Origin: Vulcanimicrobiota bacterium
GTDB lineage: Bacteria > Vulcanimicrobiota > Xenobia > Xenobiales > JADMJV01
Direction: 5' to 3'
NCBI GenBank assembly: GCA_023447635.1
Contig: JAEXNA010000085.1
Span: 200-64,199, forward strand
DNA: 64,000 nucleotides
Position numbers and translations under genes: made by a program. Below are positions 46,635 through 55,561 of the stretch, one piece after another (the stretch's first letter is position 1; the number at the start of each line of letters is the position of its first letter). The notes under the pieces are model-generated. The model was not told the DNA's origin, ran no database searches, and was given only the letters and a program-made list of their open reading frames with translations.

Positions 46635-47291
46635 TCAGCCTTCGCCCATGTTGGCGCTGGGCTGGTCGCGCAGACCGTCGCTCCAGGTCGACACGGCCAG
46701 CAACAGCCGGTTCCCCTCGCAGGCCGACTCCCAGGCCTCGTCCAGGTCCCCCTCGCGGCTCTGGGCGAAGGCCTGGAACCAGCTGGCGAAGGCGTCTTCG
46801 AGGTAGCGATGGCCGGCTACCGATTCGGCCGTGACTTCGCCTTCTTCGACTTCGATGGCGGAATAGTCCGTCCAGATAGCACGAAACTCGGCCTCCAGCG
46901 CCGTCAGGCGCCCCTCCAACCGCAGGCCCCTGGCTTCATCGGGCTCTGAGTCCAGACCGCGCAAGATCGCTTCGAAGCGGTCCAGGCGATCGCTTCCGTA
47001 GGCCTCCTCGTCGAGCGACCCGGCCACCTGCTCGAGGCCTTCCTCGACCATCTCGAGCGGGGTCAGGGACTGAGGTAGCAGATGGGAGAAACGGTCGCGC
47101 AGTTCGGCCAGCTTCTCGGGCTGGAAGTCCGGGTCTTCCAGATGCTGCTCCAGCGCCTCGGCCAGATCGTCATAGCGCTTCTTTTCAGGTAGCGCCTGAA
47201 AGACGCGCTCGAGCATATCGCGCGTGGCTCCGCGCTCGTGACCCGACAGGTCGGTCAGCGCCAACCAGCTCAAAAACTCCTCGACATCCAT
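46635..47291 (-). CDS. Hypothetical acidic helical protein downstream of pilC/gspF
   Basis: Glu/Asp/Leu-rich ORF with no motif recognised. The start is ATG 47291 (or TTG 47342), 27-78 nt downstream of the pilC-like stop on the same strand. Confidence 0.45.
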   Translation of the reverse strand: MDVEEFLSWLALTDLSGHERGATRDMLERVFQALPEKKRYDDLAEALEQHLEDPDFQPEKLAELRDRFSHLLPQSLTPLEMVEEGLEQVAGSLDEEAYGSDRLDRFEAILRGLDSEPDEARGLRLEGRLTALEAEFRAIWTDYSAIEVEEGEVTAESVAGHRYLEDAFASWFQAFAQSREGDLDEAWESACEGNRLLLAVSTWSDGLRDQPSANMGEG

Positions 47292-47368
47292 TCGGGTCGC
47301 GTTTTCGCTCGGCTTCCGCCGGATCCCCTCAGGGGAGAGCAAAGCTCGGGTTTTCCGTCAGGCGAAGC

Positions 47369-48520
47369 TCAGGCTCCGCCTAGCTTAGCCAGCACGCCGT
47401 AAATGGGCAGAAACATCCCGACGAAGAGGACGGCCATAGCCATTCCCATCCCGCAGATGACCAGCGGCTCTATCAGGGCGGTGATGGTGCCGATCAGGCT
47501 GTCGATCTCCTCGTCCATCAGGCGTTTGTTGGCCTCTAGCATCTGCTCCATACTGCCGCTCTCCTCTCCCACCACTAACATAGAGTGGAAGATCGGCGGA
47601 AAATAGCTGATCGACTCCAGCGCCCCGGACAGACTGCCCGACATGGTCAGCGCCTTACGGGCCTCGCGCAAGGAGGCGCGATGAGATTCGAAGGGCGTAG
47701 CGTTGATGATCATCTGCAGCGAACGATGCACCGGGATGCCGTCGCGATGTAGGTAGGCCAGGGTCTCGCAGAGCGAGGCGCACAGCAGTTTCCCCACGAT
47801 CGGTCGGCTCCACGGACACCAGAGCAAGGCGTCGAAAGCTTTCTGGCGCAACTCTTCGCGGTACATCACGGCGGCCACGAACAGCCCCAGCAAGCCGCCC
47901 AGGGTCAAAGGGTGGTCCAGCGCACCGACGGCCAGGAAGACCAGGCGAGAGATCAAGGGGAAGGTCAGATCCATCTGCTCGTAGAGCGCCACGAACTTGG
48001 GGAAGACCAGCTTCACCACCAGGAACAGCACCGTGCCGCAGAGCGCGGCGGTGATCAGGGGAGAGGTCAGGGCGTCTTTGATCTTATGGCGAAAGTCGAT
48101 CTGGTTCTACATCAGCCCGGCCGCGCGGCGCAGTCGTCCTCCGATATCGCCGCCTTCCTCTCCCGTCCGGATCACCGCCAGGGTGCTGGCGGGAAAGTGG
48201 TCGGGATAGCGGGCGAAGGCCGCCGACAAGGTCGAACCCGAGTGCACGCGGCGCGTGATGTCGTCGAGCACGACGGCAAAACGCGGGTCGTCTTGCTGCC
48301 GGGCCAGCGAATCGAGCGCCATCCCGGGCGACAGCCCGTTGGTGATCATAATCCCCAGTTGGTCCAGTACCACACAGGCCGCTTTTTCGTGGCTCGGACG
48401 AAAGGCTTCCGCAAAACGCCGGAGGCGCGTGGCCGGGGAAGAGGTTAGGGTCGAGGAGAGGCGCGGCGAGGGGGTCGAGGTTCGTGACGCGGCGAGCATA
48501 CCGATCACTGTACCTTTCAA
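47369..48520 (-). pseudogene. Type II secretion / type IV pilus platform protein GspF/PilC, interrupted by one in-frame TAG (complement of 48107-48109)
   Basis: ORF 48107..48520 encodes the first T2SSF domain (...VIRTGEEGGDIGGRLRRAAGLM*). The same frame continues directly as NQIDFRHKIKDALTSPLITAALCGTVLFLVVKLVFPKF... into ORF 47369..48031, which carries the second T2SSF domain (...MLVVGEESGSMEQML...LIEPLVICGMG). 48106 minus 48031 equals 75, so both parts are in one frame. Confidence 0.75.
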
Positions 48521-48727
48521 GCTTTGTGCGTCCTAGCCGAAGGTGGAGGTGTCCGACCTATACGATGGGTCGCCTCCCCACCCATACTGCTGTCGGGCCG
48601 GGCCATGGCGACGAGATCGGTGGCCAGTTAACATTCTGGACTCAATCTCGACGGCATGCTGCGGTAAGGTAGCCCCACACAAAGAAGATAACTTCCAGGT
48701 CCATATACAGAAAGAATCCAGAAAACG

Positions 48728-50194
48728 ATGATCAACCTCGACCCCAGCCGCAACTTCGCCTCCATCAGCGCCCCGCGTAACTACAACGCCGCTGCCAAGC
48801 CCGTCGCCGCCAAAGCCGTGGAGACCGCATCCCTTCCCGCCGAGAGCGCCTCGTTCTCGTCGCTGCCCGCCCGCATCGCCAACGTCGCCCCTTCGGCCGT
48901 GGCTGCCGTGGCCCAGAGCATGGAAGGCGCCGAGTACGTTCCCGGCGAGCTGATCGTCAAGTTGAACAGCGGTGTCGAAGCCGGACTGATGGGCGACTTC
49001 GCCTCCGAGTACGGCGCCACCGTGGTCGAGCACTTCGACGTGCCCGAATCCGTTTTCAAATCTTTCGGAGGCGAACTGGTTCGCCTTCAGCTGCCCCAGG
49101 GCATCGAACTCGCTGAAGCGATCGCCGCGATGCAGGGCGACTCTCGCGTCGCTTACGCCGAAGGCAACGAAGTGATCCGCCTCGCCGACGTACAGAACCA
49201 CGGCGAAGCCGAAGCCCCCAACGACCTGGACAAGAAGCTCTGGGGTCTCAACAACACCGGTCAGGACGGCGGTAAGGTCGGAGCCGACATCAGCGCCCTC
49301 AAGGCCTGGGAAGTCACCACCGGCGACAACAGCGTCAACGGCCCCCTGATCGCCGTGATCGACACCGGCATCGACTACAACCACCCTGACCTGAAGGCCA
49401 ACATGTGGGTCAACCCGGGCGAGATCCCCGGCGACGGTATCGACAACGACGGTAACGGCGTGATCGACGATGTCTACGGCTACAACGCTCAGGCGAACAC
49501 CGGCAACCCGATGGACGGCCACTCTCACGGCACCCACTGCGCCGGAACCATCGGCGCGGTCGGCAACAACGGTGAGGGCGTCACCGGCGTGATGCAGAAC
49601 GCTCGTATGATGGCCGTCAAAATCTTCTCGGACAGCGGCAGCACCTCGACCGACGCCATCGTGCGCGGCCTGATGTACTCGGCCAAGATGGGCGCCACCA
49701 TCACCTCGAACTCGTGGGGCGGCGGCGGACGCAGCCAGGCCATCTACGACGCCTTCGCTTCCAACCCGGCGCTGCACGTCATCGCCGCCGGTAACTCGAA
49801 CTACGACAACGACAAGCGGGACAACTTCCCGTCCAACTACGACCTGGACAACATCGTGGCTGTCGCCGCCACCACCCGCAACGACGACCGCGCTTCGTTC
49901 TCGCAGTGGGGCGCCACCACGGTCGACGTGGCCGCTCCCGGCGCCCAGATCTGGTCCACCATCCCCGGCGGCAAGTACGGCAACAAGAGCGGCACCTCGA
50001 TGGCTACCCCCCACGTCTCTGGCGTGGCCGGCCTCATCGCTAGCGCTTACCCCGAAGCCTCTAACGCCGAACTGAAAGAGCGCCTCATCAAGGGCTCCGA
50101 CCCGGTTCCGGCTCTGGCCGGCATCTCCGTCTCCAACGGCCGCGTCAACGCCGCGAAGTCGCTGGAAAAGGACCTGGTCGCTCCCACCGCTTAA
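48728..50194 (+). CDS. Subtilisin-like serine protease (S8) with I9-like propeptide
   Basis: Catalytic triad motifs AVIDTGIDYNHPDL, HGTHCAGTIGA and GTSMATPHVSG. I9-like segment ELIVKLN...GATVVEHF...LVRLQL. No hydrophobic signal peptide at the N-terminus (MINLDPSRNFASISAPRNYNAAAKP...). Confidence 0.85.
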   Translation: MINLDPSRNFASISAPRNYNAAAKPVAAKAVETASLPAESASFSSLPARIANVAPSAVAAVAQSMEGAEYVPGELIVKLNSGVEAGLMGDFASEYGATVVEHFDVPESVFKSFGGELVRLQLPQGIELAEAIAAMQGDSRVAYAEGNEVIRLADVQNHGEAEAPNDLDKKLWGLNNTGQDGGKVGADISALKAWEVTTGDNSVNGPLIAVIDTGIDYNHPDLKANMWVNPGEIPGDGIDNDGNGVIDDVYGYNAQANTGNPMDGHSHGTHCAGTIGAVGNNGEGVTGVMQNARMMAVKIFSDSGSTSTDAIVRGLMYSAKMGATITSNSWGGGGRSQAIYDAFASNPALHVIAAGNSNYDNDKRDNFPSNYDLDNIVAVAATTRNDDRASFSQWGATTVDVAAPGAQIWSTIPGGKYGNKSGTSMATPHVSGVAGLIASAYPEASNAELKERLIKGSDPVPALAGISVSNGRVNAAKSLEKDLVAPTA

Positions 50195-50216
50195 GGCCGG
50201 TAGGCCGATAGCCTCA

Positions 50217-50249
50217 GCAAAGAGACCCGAAAGGGTCTCTTTTGCTTTG
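50217..50249 (+). terminator. Rho-independent terminator of the S8 protease gene
   Basis: GCAAAGAGACCC gaaa GGGTCTCTTTTGC followed by TTTG. Confidence 0.7.
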
Positions 50250-50266
50250 TCGCGATGTTAGGCAGT

Positions 50267-51487
50267 ATGTCTGGGACCTATGATGCTATCGTGATCGGCG
50301 CGGGAGCGGCCGGGATTTTCGCTGCCTTGCGGGCTAAGGAGTGCTCGCCGGGTCTGCCTCTGGTGGTGCTGGAAGGGTCAGGGAAGCCGCTGCGCAAGGT
50401 GGGGATTTCGGGGGGAGGCCGCTGCAACGTGACCCACGCCTGTCACGACCTGGACTGGTTGCTGCGCTGCTACCCCAGGGGAGGGCCCCGGTTAGAGGCC
50501 GTGCTGGGCCGTTTCATGCCCGAGGATACGGTGCGCTGGTTCGCCGACCACGGGGTGGCTCTGAAGACCGAGCGGGACGGCCGCATGTTCCCCACCACCG
50601 ATTCCTCCCAGACCATCATCGACTGCCTGCTGGGCGAGGCCCGCAGGCGGGGCGTAGAGCTGAAGACCGGGGTCAAGGTCGAGCGGGTCAAGAAGCGAGG
50701 AGCGGGCTTGTTCGAGGTGCGCTGCGGCGAGGAGAGCACTCTGCTGGCTAGCAAGGTTTTGCTGGCGACCGGTGGAGGGTCGAAAGCGACCGGATGGCTG
50801 GGCGACCTGGGGCATAAGGTGGTGCCGGATATCCCTTCGCTGTTCACCTTCTGCTGTCGGCATCCGGTGATTGACGGACTGCCCGGAGTCGCCGTCGAGA
50901 AGACGCGGCTTCGACTGAATCTCGAGGGCGGCTTCGAGAGCGATGGGCCGTTGCTGATCACTCACTGGGGTCTCAGCGGTCCCGCCGTGCTGAAACTGTC
51001 GGCCTTCGCGGCGCGCGCGCTGCACGCTACCGGCTATAAGGGCGAACTGATCTGCGACCTGCTCCCCGAGGTCGAGGACGAGGAGCTCTGGCAAACCCTG
51101 GAGGGGGGAGGGGAGGGGCGCGTCAGCACGGCATCTCCGTTCCCCGCCCTCTCGAAGCGACTCTGGCAGCGCCTGGTGGCGCAGGCCGGTATCGCAGAGA
51201 CCACGACCTGGCGCAAATTGCCGCCCGCGGCCTCGCAGAAACTGGGCGATTCGCTGCGCCGGCTGGTGCTTCCGGTCTCTGGCAAGGGCGCTTTTAAGGA
51301 AGAGTTCGTGACCGCGGGCGGCCTGCCGTTGGCCGAACTGGATCCGTACAGCATGGAGAGCCGCAAGGTGCCCGGACTTTACGTGGCGGGCGAACTGCTG
51401 GATGTCGACGGCATCACCGGCGGCTTCAACTTCCAGAACGCCTGGGCCAGCGGCTACGTGGCCGGCGAGGGGCTGGCCTCAAGCTAG
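50267..51487 (+). CDS. HI0933/BaiN-like FAD-dependent oxidoreductase (aminoacetone-oxidase family flavoprotein)
   Basis: Dinucleotide-binding motif YDAIVIGAGAAGIFAA and the family motif GGGRCNVTH. Start is ATG 50267 (ORF opens at 50255). Confidence 0.8.
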   Translation: MSGTYDAIVIGAGAAGIFAALRAKECSPGLPLVVLEGSGKPLRKVGISGGGRCNVTHACHDLDWLLRCYPRGGPRLEAVLGRFMPEDTVRWFADHGVALKTERDGRMFPTTDSSQTIIDCLLGEARRRGVELKTGVKVERVKKRGAGLFEVRCGEESTLLASKVLLATGGGSKATGWLGDLGHKVVPDIPSLFTFCCRHPVIDGLPGVAVEKTRLRLNLEGGFESDGPLLITHWGLSGPAVLKLSAFAARALHATGYKGELICDLLPEVEDEELWQTLEGGGEGRVSTASPFPALSKRLWQRLVAQAGIAETTTWRKLPPAASQKLGDSLRRLVLPVSGKGAFKEEFVTAGGLPLAELDPYSMESRKVPGLYVAGELLDVDGITGGFNFQNAWASGYVAGEGLASS

Positions 51488-51490
51488 GGC

Positions 51491-52624
51491 TCAGGAAGCT
51501 TTGCGCTGCTTTTTGCCCTGGGCTTCGGCGGCTTTGACCGCAGCTTCCAGGTTCAAGCGACCGGCGCCCTGAGTGTTGGCACGAACGCCGTCCATCGGGA
51601 CCGCCGTCTCGGTCAGGATGTGCTTGATGTCGGCGTGGGTCAGCGCCGGGTTCACCTGCAGCAGCAGGGCAGCAGCGCCCGAGACCATGGGGGCGGCCTG
51701 CGAACTGCCGCTGATCGACAGGTAGTCGGCGTGGCCCTCGAGTTGGTTGGAGTAGGCCGAGTCGGGAGCCAGCACCGAAACCACCGAGGTGCCCTCGGCG
51801 ATCAGGTCGGGCTTACCGCCCAGCAGGGCGCCCTGGCTGGATTTTTCCCAGATTTTGTCGTCTTTGTGCGAGGCCGTGCCGCCGTCGTCAATCACTCCCA
51901 CCGTGATGACGTCGGGAGAGATGCCGGGAGAGGCTATGGTAGAGGGGTGGATCCCGCCGCGGCTTTCGTTGCCGGCCGAGGCCACGACGACCAGGCCAGC
52001 CGCCACGGCGCGCTCTGCGGCCAGGCGCAGTTCATCCTTGCTGGCGTCCGAGTTGGCGGGCATTCCCAGCGACAGGTTCAGCACGTCGATCGAGTATTTG
52101 TCCTTATTGGCGATCACCCAGTCGACCGCCTTGACGGCCTCTTTCTCGGAGGTGATGCGGCAGGCCACCAGGTCGGCTTTAGGAGCGACCCCGTCGACCT
52201 TCTCACCATCGCCCAGGATGATGCCGGCGACGTGGGTTCCGTGACCCTTGGGGTCGTGCGGGATGCGACGGCGCGAGCCGAAATCTTTGAAAGCTTTGAT
52301 ACGGTCGCCGAAGTCGGCGTGAGGGGCGACACCGCTGTCGACCACGGCCACGGTGACGCCTTCGCCATCGACGCCGCGCTTGTGCAGGCGGTCCATCCCC
52401 TTGGGGCGGGAGATGTAGCCGACGTCGTCAGCCTCGAAGCCGGCCAGGCTGTCCTGGCTCAGGTTGCCGTCGTTCACGGAGGCGAGCGCTTCAGCGGCTT
52501 CGCTCTCCATCGCCTCGGTGGCGGAAACGCGGGCTGCCAGAGCGGCGCGCAGAGTTCCGGCGTCGATGTTACGAGCACTCAACTGGTGGCGAAGTCTCTC
52601 GATCTGGGCAGCGGTGTTGATCAC
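51491..52624 (-). CDS. Subtilisin-like serine protease (S8), no I9 propeptide recognised
   Basis: VAVVDSGVAPHADF, HGTHVAGIILG and SGSSQAAPMVSGAA motifs. The GTG start at 52624 lacks a clear RBS, so the N-terminus is uncertain. No signal peptide is seen. Confidence 0.8.
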   Translation of the reverse strand: MINTAAQIERLRHQLSARNIDAGTLRAALAARVSATEAMESEAAEALASVNDGNLSQDSLAGFEADDVGYISRPKGMDRLHKRGVDGEGVTVAVVDSGVAPHADFGDRIKAFKDFGSRRRIPHDPKGHGTHVAGIILGDGEKVDGVAPKADLVACRITSEKEAVKAVDWVIANKDKYSIDVLNLSLGMPANSDASKDELRLAAERAVAAGLVVVASAGNESRGGIHPSTIASPGISPDVITVGVIDDGGTASHKDDKIWEKSSQGALLGGKPDLIAEGTSVVSVLAPDSAYSNQLEGHADYLSISGSSQAAPMVSGAAALLLQVNPALTHADIKHILTETAVPMDGVRANTQGAGRLNLEAAVKAAEAQGKKQRKAS

Positions 52625-52821
52625 GATCTGAGAGTATACTTATCCCCGCCTCGACATGTTTCAGATTTGTAAACCGGAGCCCTGATTTTCCATGATCAGG
52701 ACCTTTATGCTAGGCGATTTTCTTCAATGTTTATGCCAATTTCGAACTCCCCGGCAGAGGAAAGGCGCGGCGAGCACCGCGCCGGTCGACAGCGAGGCGA
52801 CATATCGGCTATCCTCGTGCC

Positions 52822-54198
52822 TTGTCTAGCTTTCTTCAAGAGATTCGAGCGACGCTGAAGCTGGGGCTACCGATGGCGGGGGCTCAGCTAAGCCAGTTGG
52901 CTATGACCACCACCGACGTGGCCTACGTGGGACGCCTGCACGAAGGGGCGCTGGCCGCTATGGCGGTGGGTCAGGCCTCGTACAGCTTTTTTCTGGCTTT
53001 CGGGATCGGTCTGATTGCTGCGGTAGGTCCGCTGTCGGCCCAGGCTCACGGCGCCGGACGCGCTCGCGCCGACCGGCCCATGGGGGTCGGGATCTGGTGT
53101 GCCGTGATCTACGGCCTGCTGAGCTGGGCAGCGCTCTACAACATCGACCGACTTTACGCCCTGCTGGGGTACGCGCCGGAGGTCGCCGATCTGGCCACCG
53201 TCTACGTGCGCTCCATCATGCTGGGACTTCCGGGCTTTTTCATCTACCTGGCCGTCAAGAACTACTTCGACAGCACGGGGCGTCCGCGACTGGCTTTCCA
53301 GGTCGCCTTCCTGGCGATCGGGCTGAACGCTCTGGTGGCCTATGGGCTGGTTTTCGGGGCCTGGGGACTGCCGAGCTTTGGAGTCGTGGGGGTGGGGATG
53401 ACCACCTCTGTTGTGAGTTGGTGCATGGCGTTGGCGCTGCTGATTCAGGCGCGAGCATCTTTGCGGGCGGGCGTCTTGCGAACCGACCCGGTCGAGGTGC
53501 GAGAGTTCCTCGCCGTCGGCTTGCCGGTCGCCGGCTCCCTGCTGATGGAGGTGGGGCTGTTTGCGGTGGCGGCCTTGCTGATGGGTAAACTGGGCGCGGA
53601 AGAGGCGGCCGCGCATCTGATCGTGATCACCTGCGCCTCTTCGACCTTCATGGTGCCGCTCGGAATCTCGTTTGCGGGCGCGGCGCGAGTTGGGCAGGCG
53701 ATCGGCGCCGGAGAGTTTCGGCGGGTTCGGCTGGCTGGACTTGCCGCAGTGGCGGTGGGCGCCGGCTGTATGATGCTGAGCGCCATCGTCTTTGCCGCGA
53801 TCCCGGACGCCCTGGTCAGAGTTTTCTGGGACCCCAGCGGCGACGCGGGGAAAGTTCGCCAGATGGCCACCCAACTATTCCTGATCGCCGGTGTCTTCCA
53901 GATCTTCGACGGTCTCCAGGTCACGGCCAGCGGGGCGCTGCGCGGTATGAAAGATGTGAAAGTTCCGCTCTTGATCGGTTTCCTATCGTACTGGTTGGTG
54001 GGGCTGGGCACGGCGACCTACCTTTCTCTTCATACTCCCTTGCGCCATCTCGGCGTCTGGCTTGGGCTGCTCGCGGGGCTGGCTTGCGCGGGAGTGACCT
54101 TGACCTTGAGGTTCCATCTGCTCAGCGGCCGACTGGCGCGGGACAGCCGTTTGCAACAGATTTCTCAGGTCGAGGCGGTGTCCCCAGGAGAGATCTAG
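52822..54198 (+). CDS. MATE family efflux transporter
   Basis: 12 hydrophobic segments. MATE-like N-terminus (EIRATLKLGLPMAGAQLSQLAMTTTDVAYVGRL) and a repeated half-structure. TTG start. Confidence 0.8.
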   Translation: MSSFLQEIRATLKLGLPMAGAQLSQLAMTTTDVAYVGRLHEGALAAMAVGQASYSFFLAFGIGLIAAVGPLSAQAHGAGRARADRPMGVGIWCAVIYGLLSWAALYNIDRLYALLGYAPEVADLATVYVRSIMLGLPGFFIYLAVKNYFDSTGRPRLAFQVAFLAIGLNALVAYGLVFGAWGLPSFGVVGVGMTTSVVSWCMALALLIQARASLRAGVLRTDPVEVREFLAVGLPVAGSLLMEVGLFAVAALLMGKLGAEEAAAHLIVITCASSTFMVPLGISFAGAARVGQAIGAGEFRRVRLAGLAAVAVGAGCMMLSAIVFAAIPDALVRVFWDPSGDAGKVRQMATQLFLIAGVFQIFDGLQVTASGALRGMKDVKVPLLIGFLSYWLVGLGTATYLSLHTPLRHLGVWLGLLAGLACAGVTLTLRFHLLSGRLARDSRLQQISQVEAVSPGEI

Positions 54199-54261
54199 AC
54201 ATCGCTACTGGGAGTGGGATGAAGAAGGATGAACCCAAGTGATCACCAATGAGGATCAATT

Positions 54262-55557
54262 ATGCAGTACTTGCCTTCTTTTCTCTGCCAGCTTATCGAC
54301 GCCGTAGCTTATAAGCGCGATCCCGCCGAGTTCGGCGAGGATTGGGAGACCTGGAAGGAAGACTTCGAGACCTATTTCGAGCGGGAAAGCGACTACTCTC
54401 TGTCCGACGAGGACGGGATGGTGGTGCAGAATGTCCCCCATCTGCTCGAGCAACTCGACGGGCTGGTCGGCCGTAGCTTGAAGGGCGAGAACCTGCTGGA
54501 AGAGCTGATCAAGGCCTCGGTAGCGTTCTTCGACGCTCACGACAAGTTTTACAACGAGCGCGAGCGGTTGTACTTCGTGCAGAGCGCGCCGATCGACCGT
54601 CTGCTCAAGGCGTCTATCGCCCACCTGCAGGGCCGGGCCCACATCGACGCCGTCCACCGGCGGGAAGTCGACGCGGCGCTGGCGGTCGACGTGCTCCATT
54701 CGATCTGGCAGATGGCCCGCGCCGACCTTCCCGAGGACTTTAACCGCGGCACCATCGACGGTTTTCAGCGGGCCCAAAAAGGGTTTCATATGTTGGCCGA
54801 GCACCCCGATGCGGTCCCCGGCCCGGTGCTGGAAGAAGCAGTTTTCGAGATCAAGAGCGCGGGAGAACTGCTCGAGCATCTCCCCAATCTGATGCGCCGC
54901 TATCAAGAGCAGGCGGGCTCGATGATCCCCGTGATCGGAGAGCTGATCACCTCGTTGCGCGCCAAGCCTGACGACGACGAACTGATCACCCTGCTGCGAG
55001 AAGAAGCTGTGCCTGCGCTGCTCGAGATGTGGGATGCTCGTCAGGACGGCTGGATGCTGGAGCCGTCCGAGGCGCCAGGCCTGTTGGAAGATGCCAATCA
55101 CGCGATCGGCCTGCTCTCGGAGCAGCTCGAGACCTATCCGGACAACGAGGACGAGTTCTGGCAGACGGTAGACAACCTCGAAGACCTTTTTCTGCAGTTC
55201 CGCGATCAGACCATGAGCATCGAAGAGCTGCGCGCCTCGCCTTACTGGCCCGAGGCCCAGATGCTGCTGAACCTGCTGCGCGGCGGTGCGCCGCGTTACG
55301 CCGCTTACACCTTCGCCAACGGGGTTAAGGAGGGCGACGCTCCTGAAGTCATCAAGGGGCTGGGTAAGGCGCTGGAAGAGTATCTCAAGGAGCCCGACCC
55401 GGTCATCCTGCTCGAGGCGCTGCAGCTACTCAAACAGGACCAGGAGCTGAACAAGACCACCCGCCCTTGCGGGGCCTGTGGGGTCCGCATCCCGTTGCAG
55501 GCTAAGACTTGTCCCGATTGCAACGCCAAAGTCGAAGAGTTCTCCCTCTCCGGCTAA
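54262..55557 (+). CDS. Hypothetical acidic helical protein with C-terminal double-Cys zinc ribbon
   Basis: 431 aa, Glu/Asp/Leu-rich, ending with CGACGVRIPLQAKTCPDCNAK. The ATG follows an AT-richer patch. The antisense ORF 54256..55101 looks like GC-bias noise. Confidence 0.5.
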   Translation: MQYLPSFLCQLIDAVAYKRDPAEFGEDWETWKEDFETYFERESDYSLSDEDGMVVQNVPHLLEQLDGLVGRSLKGENLLEELIKASVAFFDAHDKFYNERERLYFVQSAPIDRLLKASIAHLQGRAHIDAVHRREVDAALAVDVLHSIWQMARADLPEDFNRGTIDGFQRAQKGFHMLAEHPDAVPGPVLEEAVFEIKSAGELLEHLPNLMRRYQEQAGSMIPVIGELITSLRAKPDDDELITLLREEAVPALLEMWDARQDGWMLEPSEAPGLLEDANHAIGLLSEQLETYPDNEDEFWQTVDNLEDLFLQFRDQTMSIEELRASPYWPEAQMLLNLLRGGAPRYAAYTFANGVKEGDAPEVIKGLGKALEEYLKEPDPVILLEALQLLKQDQELNKTTRPCGACGVRIPLQAKTCPDCNAKVEEFSLSG

Positions 55558-55561
55558 ACGG

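Noticed and set aside
48107-48109. The idea that the in-frame TAG in pilC is decoded (pyrrolysine or a reassigned amber codon).
   Set aside because: TAG terminates other well-supported genes in this window, for example the patatin gene at 5260-5262 and rplL at 60059-60061. No pyl genes or a suppressor tRNA are visible. A nonsense mutation or a sequencing error is the simpler explanation.
48533-50014. A 493-aa ORF antisense to the S8 protease gene. Similar long antisense ORFs occur at 20179..21594, 26546..27568, 29545..30837, 13677..14909, 52888..53874, 54256..55101 and 35135..35815.
   Set aside because: Their compositions are Gly/Val/Asp/Arg/His-rich and repetitive, without motifs, and each lies exactly opposite a gene with strong family motifs. 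This is typical stop-codon depletion on the antisense strand of high-GC3 coding sequence.
52681-52700. The inverted repeat CCTGAT-N8-ATCAGG and the hairpin GGCGCGG-N6-CCGCGCC (52764-52783) in the divergent S8 / MATE promoter region. I considered an operator site or a guanidine/ykkC-type riboswitch upstream of the MATE pump.
   Set aside because: I could not find any of the conserved ykkC, mini-ykkC or other riboswitch core sequences. A short palindrome alone is insufficient evidence.
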